64,000 nt of DNA from Klebsormidium nitens. Lineage: Eukaryota > Plantae > Klebsormidiophyceae. The translations under genes and the position numbers were made by a program. The notes under the pieces are model-generated. The model had not been told where the DNA came from. It did no database searches and saw only the letters and a list, made by a program, of their open reading frames with translations. This document shows positions 23,105 to 35,667 of the stretch, piece after piece (the first letter of the stretch is position 1; each line of letters begins with the position of its first letter). The stretch is from positions 1-64,000 of the forward strand of contig DF237103.1 of NCBI GenBank assembly GCA_000708835.1. Reading direction: 5' to 3'.

Positions 23105-26100
23105 TCAGACCTTCAGCTTCTTCTCCCCGGCCGTGAACAGCTCCTTCCCAAGCCCGAGTGTCGGGTGGTTGAGCCAGTTGGTGAGAGATGCGCCGCTGTC
23201 CAGGACCAAGCATTGGCCAGTTCCGTACGACTGCACACGAAACTTTGGCCGTTAACTATGGATGGGTATGAGCTAATCAAGAATACGCTCCCAGTATTTA
23301 GAAGTAGGCGACCAGCTATGGGGCAGAATGACATACTGGTTACGTGTTTATTAACCTGAGACTCGAGTCTGGTAGGAAACCTAGTCAGCAGCCAAACTTC
23401 CTGAGCCTCAATCGTAGAAAGAAGCACTTTGGAACGTGGACGCTGAAGAAAGCGACTTCACACAATTAATTGGAAGAAGGTAACGAAAGCTAAGCAGTTC
23501 ACCGTCAGCTGAGGAGAAGGTCCAATAGCCCGTCTCCTGCTGTTCCAGAAAAACTATATAGCAAACGCTTCCGTAACGTGATGGCGTAATGAAAACGTGT
23601 CACAAACAGTCAAGTCTTCGCAGATGTATGATACGTGGCGAGAATGCAATACTTGACCACGATCCAATGAAGTGCTTTCTAAAACGGGTACTTTACGCTC
23701 CGACTTGAAAGAACTAACATCAGCCTGTGTAAGCAACGACAAACGACAAACGACGAAGAACAAGCTCTTGATGGCGTTTCCGCAAAAGTCGATGAGGCGG
23801 AGCGAGAACTCTCCGCAGACTTGCCTGGTGCGCGAGATAAAGGATCGCGGCCGCGATGCCCTCCGGCTTCCCGAGCCGTCCCAGGGGCATCGCTTTGGCT
23901 GCGCGCTCCATCATTTCCTTCTCCTTGTTCTTGTTGCCGCCAGCCAGGACAGTCATTATCTGGGAACAGACGCCGACGAAATTTTCAAAACTTACTCAAA
24001 ATTTTTTACGGAAGTCGGTCCACTAATCCTCCTTTCTTGGGCCAGCGCAGACGCGCCTCCTCCGCTGCCAAAACCTAGAAGCCTAGCAAGGTAAAACGAA
24101 CCGGAAAACTTCAAATCGAAAAACGAAACCTGAGAATGTTTCCACAGCTTGTCGCCCTCGAAAGCCCCGACCCAAAAATTCAATCCTCTCCCAATTCGAA
24201 GGCAGCAAGTACCCTATAAAAGCAACCCAAAACCGGACCTCATCGCCCTTGAAGAATTCCGACATACACCGCTCCGAAACCCAAGTTTGATGCAAAATTC
24301 AAGAACCAAGAGGACACTTTGAGGACTAGACAGAAACATAAAGAACAAACCCCAAAATACAGGAACGCGGTTTCTGATAACGGACCTCGTCGCCCTCAAG
24401 CCTCAGCAGGCGGCGTTCACAGAATTTGCTGAAACGGAAAGGAAAGACATGATTTAAATCCAGACTCCCCGAAATCCTACTGCTGTAACGTAAAGTTAGT
24501 AGAATGTGCTTTTCGCACCTCGTCGCCCTCGAAGAGCCCCGGGCAGACGGCGTTGACGTCACGAACGGTGCGGCGCGCGAATTGGAGTGCACAACACTTG
24601 AAACGCAAACCCAAATACACACAAAAAAAAAACTTGGGTACTGAGAGCCCGACCTCGTCGTCCTCGAAGAGCCCAGGTCAAACGGCGTTAACAAAAATCT
24701 GCTGAATCGAGAGGGGAAGACATGATATGAAACCCAGATCCCACAGATTCCTACTTAACAAAAAAAAAAAATGCATGATCTGCTCTTCGCCCTCAAAGAG
24801 GACGTTGATGCGGACGTGCGGCGCGAAGCGAAGTGCAGACGAACTTAAAACGCAAACCCAAAATGTAACAAAGAATTGGTTAATGATAACCCGACCTCGT
24901 CGCCCTCGAAAAGCCCCGGGCAGACGGCGTTGACACGGACGTGGGGCGCGAACTTATGCAATGGTTTTGGAACTCATAAAAGAGGTGGCCTTAGGAACGG
25001 AAAAAGGAGGAAGGACAAGAGTTAAGGAAAAAGAAAGAATCTATATGAATCCAGAACAAAGAAGCGGTTACTGAAAAACCGACCTCGTCGCCCTCGAAAA
25101 GCCCCGGGCAGACGGCGTTGACGCGGACGTGCGGCGCGAACTGGAGCGCGTGGCCCTTGGTCAGCTCCATGACGCCCGCCTTGGCCACGCCGTAGTTCAT
25201 CAGGTCGCCCGGCATCGGGATCAGGCTGCCGACCGCGCACGCCACGTTAATAATGCCGCCCGCCTGCCGGAGTGTGGAATGTAAGTGCAAACTTCTTGCT
25301 GAACAGCTTTCATTTAAGAAAAGGTTGGCTTTGCTAAAATGAACTCGAAAACTCAAAGGAAGCCTCTCGGCATCGGGATCAGGCTGCCGACCGCGCGCGC
25401 GACGTTGAATGATGCCGCCAGCCTGCCAATGGTTTTTGGGAGTGTTTGAGGGGGAATTGGGTGCGGAGAAAATTTTTAAGTGTACACTCAGATGGACTCT
25501 TTAGAATATCTGGACGGATTTTAGAATATCTGAGAAACATCCGTCCAGATAGTCCCACAAAAAGTCTCTCGGCATTGGAAAGGCTGCCGACCGCACATGG
25601 GACACTCATGATGCCGCTAGCCTGCCAAGGCTGAAGGTTTCAGACCCGACTTGTGTAATGAATGCGTTGACAACTTGGGAAAGCTTCTTGACGTCAGAAG
25701 CAGGCTGAGAAAACCGTCATATTACAAATTGACGGGGTAGTCGACATGGGCAAGGGTTCTGGAGTCCAAAGTCCAAATCAAAATTGGATTTCACGAGCAT
25801 ACACCTCAGCAGAATGTGAAATCGAAGGCAACTCTAAGGCCTCACGATTACCCACCACACCCGCACACACTGCTGCCTATTTGCAAACATCTTTATCTTC
25901 GCTACCAGGTTTTAAAATCTAGTACTTAAAAATATGCCTCCGCAATCCACGTAGATAAGCAAGCCGCTCACAGGCATACGTTTCCTGACGCTCGCTTCTG
26001 GCGGTATTTTTCTAAATTTCAAAGGCGGTATTTTTCTAAAGCACACGCTTGCAACAACAGACAAGCGGATCAAGTGGTACGAACCCATCGCATAACGGAT

Positions 26101-28641
26101 TGACGCGCGCGGCTTTCAAAGAAAGTCTTTAGAACCCTTTCCCGAGAATAAGCCAATCTGTCCTCTGCAGAGCTGCCAAACGGAGTCGCTCTGATCGCCG
26201 TTTCAATCAATTCGACCGTCCTTGTCTTTTGAATGCAAAAGAGAGCAAGACGTATGGAAGCAACTCGACTTCGCGCTTTATTATGCGGAATGATATGACA
26301 CCAGTTACGAGGAACGAGAGACTGAAAAAAAAACCAACAGAGTTTACCCTTTTAGCAACCCGTACGAAACAGCAATAACGAGGTCAGATAGTTTACCTCG
26401 GACTTCTTGAGCTCAGGGTAGAGCTCCTCGGAGCACATCTGGGCGGAAACCACGTTGCTTTCCAGAACCTTGGACATAGTGTCGTAGCCGATCATGTTCT
26501 TCTCGAGACCACCCGCGCAGTTCACCTGCAAGTTTTGATTTCGAAAATCCGGTCAGTGTTTGAATAAACGTCGACGATTTGCTCGTCGTCGATTTGCGTC
26601 CTTGCGTCTCTGAAGGCTCTTCTCGAGACCACCCACAAAGTCCACCTGCGAAATTTGAATCGGAGACTGAGATCAAAATTGGACAAGCGATAAAAAGACG
26701 ACGTTGAACCTGCTCAAAAAGCTTTTCTTGCTTCGCCGTTGAGGACAGTGGTTCAGCTTCCGAGTCACATCAGTCAGTACTCTAGGGAGAGCATGCTCTT
26801 TGATAGACCACAAAATGCATAATTAAAATGCATAATTATGGCTTTTTCCCAAGAATTCAAAGAAGAATTCAAAAGCTTCTCGTCTTCCGTTGCATGCTGT
26901 CTGGAATTTATTCGGCCAGCTTAAACGCCCCTTAAGCTCGACTTGCATCAGATGGAGGTTGTTCAAAGAAGGCTGTTCTGAAGTGTTCAAATGATCGACC
27001 ATTCGGACCTTTATTCAACAAATCGACTACCTCACATTGCAGTCGCTTCCTACCCGCTTCAAAGTGGTGTTTTCACGAATCCACCCTTCGAAGCTCAAAC
27101 TTATCAGATGGAGTAGAAACGCTCAGAAAGCGCTGGGACACCGGAAACACGCTGCGTCAGAAGCAGAAAAGGAAACAAAGTGCATGATGAGATGAGCTGC
27201 AAAATCTACGACGTCAAAATGTCTCGGCCTTCTGGGGCTCGAAACTCAAAAACCCCTCGTTAGTAGAGTTGAGGGCCAGCTCCGGGATCCAGAACCTCAA
27301 CTCGTGGTAATGTCAGGACAGATTTCCAACTTACGAGGATGTCGACCTTGCCGCCCAGTTTCTGCAGCGCCTCCTGCACCGCTTTCTGGGTCCCCTGCAG
27401 ATCGGTGTAGTCTGCAGCCCACAAGAACCCTCGTTACCCACAGCTTGTTTGCAGCGACAATCGACTACATCTGCCACAGGCAACCATTCTAGCGCTCCTC
27501 AAAGATCAAATCGAAAAATTCATTGACATCGTGCTGAAAGCAAACAATTCCCCTTTATGATCCTGGAAAAGCTTGGCCGTCCACTGTAAAGAGCTTCGAA
27601 TTAGAAGACAGAAATCAGAGGATCTCCAATACTTAAAACTGTTGTGAAAGGTAACAGGGCCAGATGCAAGCCTACCTTTAATGGTCACGTGGGCTCCCTT
27701 GGAGTCCCTGCCAATCCCGCAGCACTTTGCTCCATGAGCGCTGAACTCACGACCAATCGCTTGGCCCAGCGGGGAGTCTGATCCGGTAAGGATGACCTGA
27801 AGCAAAGAGGCTCTGGGTTGAGCACTTCAAGCTATATCCGGCAGCCGTGGGCTGCTCATGACAGCTAAATAACGAAACGAATTACTGATGGCAATTCCAT
27901 AAAAAAAAGTGCAAGCTTTCGATTGGTCTACATGACAGTCGCAGAACAGTCCTGGGACCACTCAATCAGCCAATGAAACAAAGCAGGAAGCAGAAGGCTG
28001 ATTGAATGTGCATAACACTTTACCAAGACCTAAACAAGACCTAGTTCAGACACTTCCTTTGGGACCGCGAGTTGCCACATGCTTGCCCTGCACCAGTGTC
28101 TGAACGAATCCCAAGGAACCCTCTGATTCAGTCAATCTGTTTAACGTCTTGTGATCTAACAAACCCAAGGCCCCAGCCCACTATCAGCACGGATGCGCTG
28201 CATTGGCTAAAGTGAAGTCAGCCTCTCTAGTGAGTGTGCCCAGCCAGCTCGTCTTTCTGAGGAGTGAGAATTGTGCAATAATGGACACGTTCCCACCCAA
28301 GGCTAGCTGAATAAAAGAGACGTTTCAACAACCGCCTCTAACTGGAAGACGCACTCTTCTTGCATGCATGCATTGTTCAAACAGCTTCCTCCGATCTTAT
28401 CTTTCATTTGCTCAAATCCCAAGAAAACCACCAAGCTTTATACACGAGCTGCCCTCCCAAGTGTAGAGGAGGAACTCTTAAGATGCTAAAATGAAGCATG
28501 CACTCGACTCAAAGCCAGCTAAGGCTGAAAACCCGAGCAGTAGCCAAAAGGCAGCCCTTTCCCTCAATGCCAGCCCGCGAGTGCCATAAGCATCCTTACA
28601 TGCTTGTCCTTCAGGATCCCTGCGAGGCTGGTAGCGGCCAT
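23105..28641 (-). CDS. Short-chain dehydrogenase/reductase (SDR) family protein, paralogue 1, 7 exons, ~269 aa
   Basis: Exons 28641-28600, 27796-27676, 27411-27335, 26525-26397, 25263-25084, 23959-23825, 23230-23105 (810 nt). LKDKHVILTGSDSPLGQAIG, KVDILVNCAG, GIINV, YGVAK (YxxxK), VRVNAVCPG, PLGRLGKPEGIA, TGQCLVLDSG. Intron 6 has a GC donor (cag|gcaagt). Confidence 0.9.
24145..25130 (-). repeat. At least 7 decaying tandem copies (~90-190 bp period) of the 3' end plus donor of SDR1 exon 5
   Basis: gacctcgtcgccctcgaa.agccccgggcagacggcgttgac with donor equivalents at 25084 (functional), 24896, ~24786, 24654, 24519, 24386, 24239, ~24148; five copies keep GT. Confidence 0.9.
25365..25630 (-). repeat. 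Two upstream copies of acceptor plus 5' part of SDR1 exon 5
   Basis: cggcat.gg...aggctgccgaccgc...atgccgc.agcctgcca at ~25368-25428 and ~25570-25626. Confidence 0.85.
26615..26650 (-). repeat. Upstream copy of acceptor plus start of SDR1 exon 4
   Basis: cgcag|gtggactttgtgggtggtctcgagaaga versus tgcag|gtgaactgcgcgggtggtctcgagaaga (26525). Confidence 0.8.
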
Positions 28642-29739
28642 TGTAACGTCGTTGGCTTTGAAACCCTTCAAAAAAATCGTTCTTCTGATCTTACTCGATT
28701 GCAAGCAAGCGCAAACTTCAGCGAGGCAAATTTCAGCTGCCGCGAAACCGTAAGCACCTCAGTAATTGATCCAAAACTGACTTTGTCAACCTACTAGACT
28801 AAGCTCAGTTTGCCTCAAGGGAGAGAGATCGTCTTCCACTTAGCGCTTCCGCTGATCAAAAGCTGTCACCTTTTCCTGTCGGCACTCTGCAGCATCATGT
28901 TCAAGTCACGTCGGTGTGTCGCCGCTTGAAGTCTGTTGCATCATGGCGATTATCGCAGGGAAGCCCTGCATTCTGGTGTCAGAGGTCTGCATGACCTTTA
29001 CGTGTCTGTCAAGTCAGGCCTGACAAAGCAAACGCTCAACTTGCCAATCGGGGTCACTTGGCCGCCATGCACCAAGCTCAGCTTATGCGCGGAAGTTTTG
29101 CGCGCCCGGGGCTACTTTTTGCGTCGTATGCAAAATGGTCAAAAGTTTGACGTCATCAGAACGATTGGACCAATCGAAACCTTTAGAAGACCGTCAAAGT
29201 GGATAAAGTGACGTCACAAGTAGGCCTCCGCATTAAATAGATTTGCATGCATGGTGCTCGGGCAATGATTGGCCGAGGATTTTTCAGCCGGTGCCAACCG
29301 CCCTACAGGAAATTCCCAGAGAATTGTGCCCGGTTTGGAAGGCGGAGTGATGACGATCCCTGGTCTGCATGCGTACGTTTTGGAGAGCGGAGCACAGAAG
29401 AGAAGGCGCGCTGAATTCCTGACGCCAGCTCCATCCGTGGATGCTTTAGCCCCACCTTGTCACCGACTTGATTCCCATGCATGACGAATTGTCACGATTC
29501 ACGAGGCAAAGCTACCTACTATACGAGCTAGAGTTACGGTAGTTGCGAGTTGCAGAGCTAGTGTCTGGAATCAGGCGGAGTGCTAATTGTCAGACCAGTA
29601 ATCTTGAAGCCGCCAGCTCTAAGACGAAGAGTTGCGCAACGAAGTGAGACGAAGCTCATCTTTGGAACCTAGAGCTGAAGGTTAAGACTTTGCAGCAGCG
29701 AAGCGATCCTCGTTGTTTGATTCAAAAAGTTTGTCCATA
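28642..29739. promoter_or_regulatory. Putative bidirectional promoter between the divergent SDR paralogues
   Basis: 1.1 kb between start codons. TGACGTCA at 29148-29155, GTGACGTCAC at 29208-29217, back-to-back CCAAT boxes gattgg-a-ccaatc at 29163-29175, further CCAAT/ATTGG at ~29044 and ~29268. Confidence 0.55.
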
Positions 29740-32700
29740 ATGGCGCCCGAACCAGTCGGAAGCATTGCGTCCAGGGAGAACTTCAAGGAGAAGAAGGTAG
29801 GCTCAAGAGATGCAAGCATGCATGCACCATTCGCGTGTGCTTCTAGATTGCGACTGGCCTGAAACATGATTTCCAAGCCGTGCTGAACGACCATGCTCGG
29901 CCCTTGAGCAGACTGTTTGTAGGAAAATGTGGATCAGTATCTTCCTCAGCTAGTCTCTGCTGCAATGAAATAGCATGAACTTCTGAGCTTAGCTAGGCTG
30001 CATGGTTTTATGTTGAGTGTCCAAAGGGGCGAAGACAGTGAAGCTTGGGATGTTGGACACACAGAAATGTGGTAGGCGGAAGCTATCTCAGATGGTTGAG
30101 CATGCCAGTCCTTGAGTTGCATGCACTTCCGATATCGGAAAGGAAAGCTCTTCTTTGACAGTGAACTCAAAAGATGAGCTTTGGGCTCCTCTTACCGGCA
30201 TAAGATCCTGCCCAAAGGGCTGTTGCAATTTTGTCAAGTGTGTCTGAAGTACTCTGGAGATTTCTAAAGGAGGTCAAATCTGATAAGCTTGTAAATATAA
30301 GTTGTGGTGCAAAGGTGGAGAGAGTGTTCTGCTTGAGGCTCCTCCGTTTCTACCAGCTTGCCAGCAACCATCGCCCATATACATTTCCAACCTAAGTTCA
30401 TGGAATCTTCTTCCAACAGACAAGAACTTTGGTACTCAGTGTGCTTACCCAGCAATTAACAAGGACGGTTTCCGAGTGCTTCTGGCAGGGTGTCTAGCTT
30501 TCGTCCAGTGTAGATATTGTTCCGAATGGTGTATAAGGAATTCTGTTTTGACAAAAGCCCAAGCTTTTGCCACAAGTAGAAGCTTGTCAAAACGGGGCTA
30601 CTTGGGGGAGAAAGGAAACGTGGTGGAAAAAGTATGAGCATATTATAATGGAGTCTGGACTCTTTGCCTTCATGGATCGTGCAGGTCGCTGTAGTGGGTG
30701 GCGACTCCCTGCTGGGCCAGGCGATTGCTGAGGAGTTCCGCTTGGCGGGAGGGAAAGTTTGCGCCATCGGTACAGAGGAGGCCTCGTGCGATGTGATCAT
30801 CAAAGGTCAGTGTGAAGTTTCGTTAGATTGAGCTTATGAATGCCGGGTGCGATTGGGCTGGTTGGCTTGGAACTTGGTCAGATAGCGGAAATGTACTGGC
30901 ATGAGTGATCGAGAACATGGCTTTACCTGAGCGTTTTAGGGTCAACTCGACAGTAAGAAAGAGAACTGCACTGTGAAGGAGGGCCTTATTCTTGCTTATC
31001 AACCAGCTTCGTGGTTCACAGGTTCTGGGGGCTTCCAACGAGAAATTTTGCCTTCCAATTTTGAAAGTAAGAACTTTTCATTCTGCTTTGCAGACTACAT
31101 GGACCTGGAGGATACCAAGGACGGCTGCAAGCAGGCTCTCGAAGTGCTCGGCGGTCAGATCGACGTCCTGGTAAAATGTCCTTTCCTTCAAATTCTTTTT
31201 GAGTAACCGCTTAAAAATTTTGGAGTGCAAGCTTCAACTATGTTTCGTTGCCTATGCTAGTCGAAAACGTTATGTGCTGTATTGAGCGGATCATTTGGCT
31301 TGCATACAAGAAGCTCAACGAGGTGCTCGATTCCTTTCTCTTTATAAATTGGGTGAACGTCATGCTTGTGCAAGTATTGTTTTCGCGTTCAAACCCATCT
31401 GGATTGACGAATGGCTTGAAATTTACTGTTAGAACAACAAGAGCGCAGTACGCAGACTAGGGATATGATTCCTGAATAATCTTGTGCACATGTCCCCACA
31501 GAATTGCGTGCAAATATGTACAGGTGAATGCCGCGGGCGGCATCTCACAGGGCATGGGGTACTCTGAGATGCCCAAGATCGCGCAGCAGAACTTGATCTC
31601 CGCACAGATGTGCTCAGAACTGCTTGCGCCCGAGCTAGCAAAGTCGGAGGTAAGGCTGTGCGTCCTTGTTCAGAATGCATCTGTAACTCCGGTCTTGCCC
31701 TTGTATGACTTTTCCAATGCTGCGTTATTTGCCTTCCAGAGCTGTCATGCCCTTGATCAAACGTAAACTCGTTGCTTTTGCTACGTCATCTCAACACGCC
31801 AACGCCTGAGCCTGATATGGTGGGGAGATTGTTTTGTGAATTGCCAGAAAATCGAAAATTGTTCCAGCGCTCGATCGTTCACGTTTCTATCGCTCGATCA
31901 AAAACGCTCGAAGCGGATCAAACTTTGCATTCTGGCTCGTAATCGTCTCTCATAGTGCCGCTCATGCCTGATACTTTGCGACATCAAACCAATGTTCGCA
32001 TCCCTTCACAGACTGGCAACATCGTGAACGTTTTTCCGACTTTCCGTCCCTCCGTTGTAGACATCTTTAAGCCAAAGCATGGAGCAGTCTGTCTGAAATG
32101 TTTCCCCATCAACATCTCTTCCCTTCGTTGAGCTTATGCGTACATTCTTATTTCGGGTAGAGCTGTGGGCACCCGTGAAAAGAGTAGGAGAAACTGACTC
32201 TTGTGCTCGCCCCCAAGTTCTCCACAACATTAATCTATGCAGATTTGCGTTGAGCTCCTTTTTGAAACCTTATAACATGCTTTTATTTGCAGATTGGGAA
32301 CATCGTGAACGTCGGCGGCGCACTGGGCAGCAAGCTCAAGATGCCGGGCGCCCTTCTCGATTATGGCGTCGCAAAGTGCGGCGTCGCCACACTGACCAGG
32401 AACCACGCGCTCCAGTTCGCGCCCAAAGTCCGCTGCAATGTGGTCCTCTTCGGGCCCTTTGAGGGCGACCCGGTGAGTCCGGGTTCCGTTTGGCGTGCCC
32501 GGATTCCGACGCTTCCTGCTGTTTCAGGGTCCGCCCAATTCCGCCCCTTTTCTTTCCGTCAGGTCCCAGAAAGTCCGGTGCAACGTGGCCCTCTTCGCCG
32601 TTCGAAGGTGACCCATGAGCGCGACCAGATTCCGCCCGAATTTGTTAAAACGGAGATTTCGTCAAATGCGGGAGCCCAGTCCCGAAATTCAGATGTCACA

Positions 32701-33794
32701 TCATTTCATCCAGTGTCCACTAAGTTCGGTGCGCCGTAATGTGGAGTGTGTTCTGGCCGTCGAGCATTTCAACACCGTCTGGTTCCGTTAGTAATTCCAT
32801 TTCGGCCAGTTCCGCTGAACCAGAAGAAGGGTCCTCTTCGGGCCCTTCGAGCTCGACCCGGTGAGCGCGCCTGGATGGCGTCCGGTTCCGTCGGACTTTC
32901 GGTTTCCGGGGTTCCGTCCAGTTCCAGCTTTCCAGCGAACAACCGAGTCACCTGTCCAATCTCCGGTTCGCTGTTACGTGATCCTAATCGGGCCGTTGCA
33001 CTCATGAGGAAAATGGTTGAGAGAAGCGAACGTACTTCAGGTTGAAGTGGCGGAAGTTAAAAGTTTTATCGGCGACTTCGCAGGTCTTGGCCCAGTTGGC
33101 CGGACACGACAAGTCAAAGGAGAAGGCGCTTATGGAGACGGCGGCCAACGGGACGCTCTTGAAGCGCTTGGGCACCCCACAGGAGATCGCCGCCGCCGTC
33201 TTTTACATCGCAACACAGGTACGTGTAACTTCACCCACGTAAAACAAGTTCTGGAAAGATTCTTTGCAGGGTGCCCTTTGAGTCCGTTCAAACTTCTGGG
33301 ATCGGCACATCTGCATTGCCGATGAAGCGGGAACGCCGAGAGTTGGATACTCGTTTTGGCTTCTCTGGAAGCAGGTTTTCATGTTAAAACTCCGATTTCC
33401 TGCTTGAAAGCGGAAAAGTCTTCCTCAACGGGTGGATGAGTTTTTACTGACTGCATCTGCAGAGAAGGCAAGTAGTACTTTCTGACATGACAGGGTGGAT
33501 TGGAAGGTCGCAACAGGAATGCAATGGCCATTGCAAAGCTTTTATTATACATCGCATCCTTTTCCAAATAAATTTGGTACCGCTTTCGGGGAGATATCAA
33601 TCACTCAAGATACACCGTGCTCGTTCCGTTCGCAGGAGGGCGCCACCGGAACGGAGATCGTGCTGGACGGCGGCGCGTGCCTGACCCACTGGGTGAACCA
33701 CCCAATGGAGGGACTGGTCGGTGTGATGCCCGAAAAGCTGCCCATGGGACTGCTGGAGAATAACGGTAACAAGAAGCGCAAAGCCGGGGCGTAG
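29740..33794 (+). CDS. Short-chain dehydrogenase/reductase (SDR) family protein, paralogue 2, 7 exons, ~284 aa
   Basis: Exons 29740-29796, 30685-30805, 31094-31170, 31524-31649, 32293-32472, 33084-33218, 33636-33794 (855 nt). Internal exon lengths 121/77/126/180/135 match paralogue 1 (121/77/129/180/135). FKEKKVAVVGGDSLLGQAIA, QIDVLVNAAG, YGVAK, LLKRLGTPQEIA, TGTEIVLDGG. Confidence 0.9.
32004..32870 (+). repeat. Junction duplicates flanking SDR2 exon 5
   Basis: cacag|actggcaacatcgtgaacgt at 32012 versus tgcag|attgggaacatcgtgaacgt at 32293. Exon-end copies at ~32572-32620 and ~32830-32866 (gtcctcttcgggcccttcgagctcgacccg|gtgagc). Confidence 0.85.
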
Positions 33795-35667
33795 GGACGT
33801 TGACCGGTAACGGAATGGTGTGGCGACGGAACGAGAGGAACGCGGAGTGGAATGGAAAATGGAAGCCAGGGAGTCTTGATAAAGTCAAAAGGAGAGTGGA
33901 ATAACTGGAAGGAGTCGAGAAGTAGGAGACAAAAGAAAGCTGAAGGGTCAAGCCTGCGACGGTTCATAGCAATTTTGTTGTGCTCTGATAAGCGAGATGG
34001 GATGGGACCGTCATGACAGGCCCTGTCGAGGGTCAAGGACAAAATTAAATTTTGGCCACTTTTTGTGAAGTACGTCCGCATGTTCCATGAGTCAACTCGT
34101 CGATTGACCTTGGTAACATGCATGTACCCAATCGCATGCGCTACGAGAACAACGTCTAGGCCTCCGACACAGATCAGATCTAATACTGCTTTATTACATC
34201 ATGTGAATTGCTTCGCTGTCCGCTATCAATTTGTTTTCCTTGGAAGTTTGGAATCATACATGCATGTAATTCAGGATGTTCTGGAACCCACAGCATGGAA
34301 AAATCTAGTTGTACATGCAATAATATCTGCAAACTTTTGAAACGAAAGGATTTACTGTGACAGAGTGACAACTTCATCCGCGCGTCCGTTCAAAGTGTCT
34401 GCTTGCATGCAAGAATACGGTTGTTTGCCAGAAGTTGCCTCATGATGGTTCAATGAAGCCTTAGCAAGCCAAAATGAACGGATCCGGCCTCGCTTTGCCG
34501 AGACTGCTCCACGGCCATGGCGGCTGCAAGGCCCGGCGTTGATAAAGTAGAAATTACTACGAAAGTGCAGCCGTCCACATTGCATTGACGATGCACCTAA
34601 CTTATTACGTGATCTGAACCTAGTACGTGATCGTGCAAAGTGGGTTGCGTTTGTTCAACGGCAATCCGTAGGCCATGACTCGAGGCCTGCCATGAGTTTG
34701 AGGATTTCTGCTCTTAGATCTAGCGTTCCATCTATCATGCGGTTCGTTATACCGTCATTTCCATGCAGTCTGGAGGGCCTTGTTTGCGGGGCGGGCCATG
34801 CCGACAGATATAAAGACCAGCCTGCCTGGCTGGCGGCATGCATGCAGATTGTGGCCGCGAGCGTGCGTATGGTACTTGAACATCATCGAATTGTTTCCGA
34901 TCTTAGCGCATGCTTGTGCCGGCTGCGTCTTTAAAGATGATCGAAGTCACTACGTATATTTCTATATATTCCAATGCGACTCAGTTGACTACATTTGGTG
35001 TCCATCATCCGAGTCCGGGTATATATATCACGTGAGTGTGAGGACCTACAGCCGAGCGTGCTTATTAAAGTAGAACGTCACTACAGCTGTATCTAGGGTT
35101 ACATTAACTGGCGTTTATATGAAGAAGCGCATGAAGCGCTCGTCACTCCTTGCCAAACATCAGCACCACAGTCTACCCAGGCTTACTATAGCTGAAGTTT
35201 GTATAGTCCGAAGATGCATTTGATGGCGGCATTCTGTGCAGCTATCCTGGCGCATCAGGTCTTCACCGCCACGTGAGACAGGTAAGTTTGATCATAGTAT
35301 CTCTTCCCTGGCCGTTTGTGAGCTTTTAGAGGAAACGATCGCGTTTTGAATCGTCGAAGTGTTTGGAGACCAGACAAGCTGGACCTGTTCCGGACATTTC
35401 TAACATTGTACAGAGACCTAAGCCTAGTTACAACAACACAAATGACGCCCAAACAATGTCATGCGGTGGCCTCACACGTTACACGAGCTTCCTCCCCCCT
35501 ACACAACCGGCCGCATGCAAAACATGCAAATGCAGCCGATGCGAGTGGACCAAAAACGAGCCCAAAAAGTGGCCTTCGACCACCCAGCTTCATGATTGAA
35601 ACTCAACACAATTGCGCCTCAAATCTGGACACCTCTATAAGGTCGCCTCGGTCCCCTGCTGCCGTCC

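Noticed and set aside
25490-26880. Several short perfect intronic tandem duplications (ttttagaatatctg x2, ggcggtatttt(t)tctaaa x2, aaaatgcataatt x2)
   Set aside because: Ordinary slippage products; useful only as background showing local duplication is not restricted to splice junctions.
11259-33794. DXS plus two adjacent SDRs as a terpenoid biosynthetic gene cluster
   Set aside because: Only adjacency supports it; no terpene synthase, prenyltransferase or P450 is present in the window.
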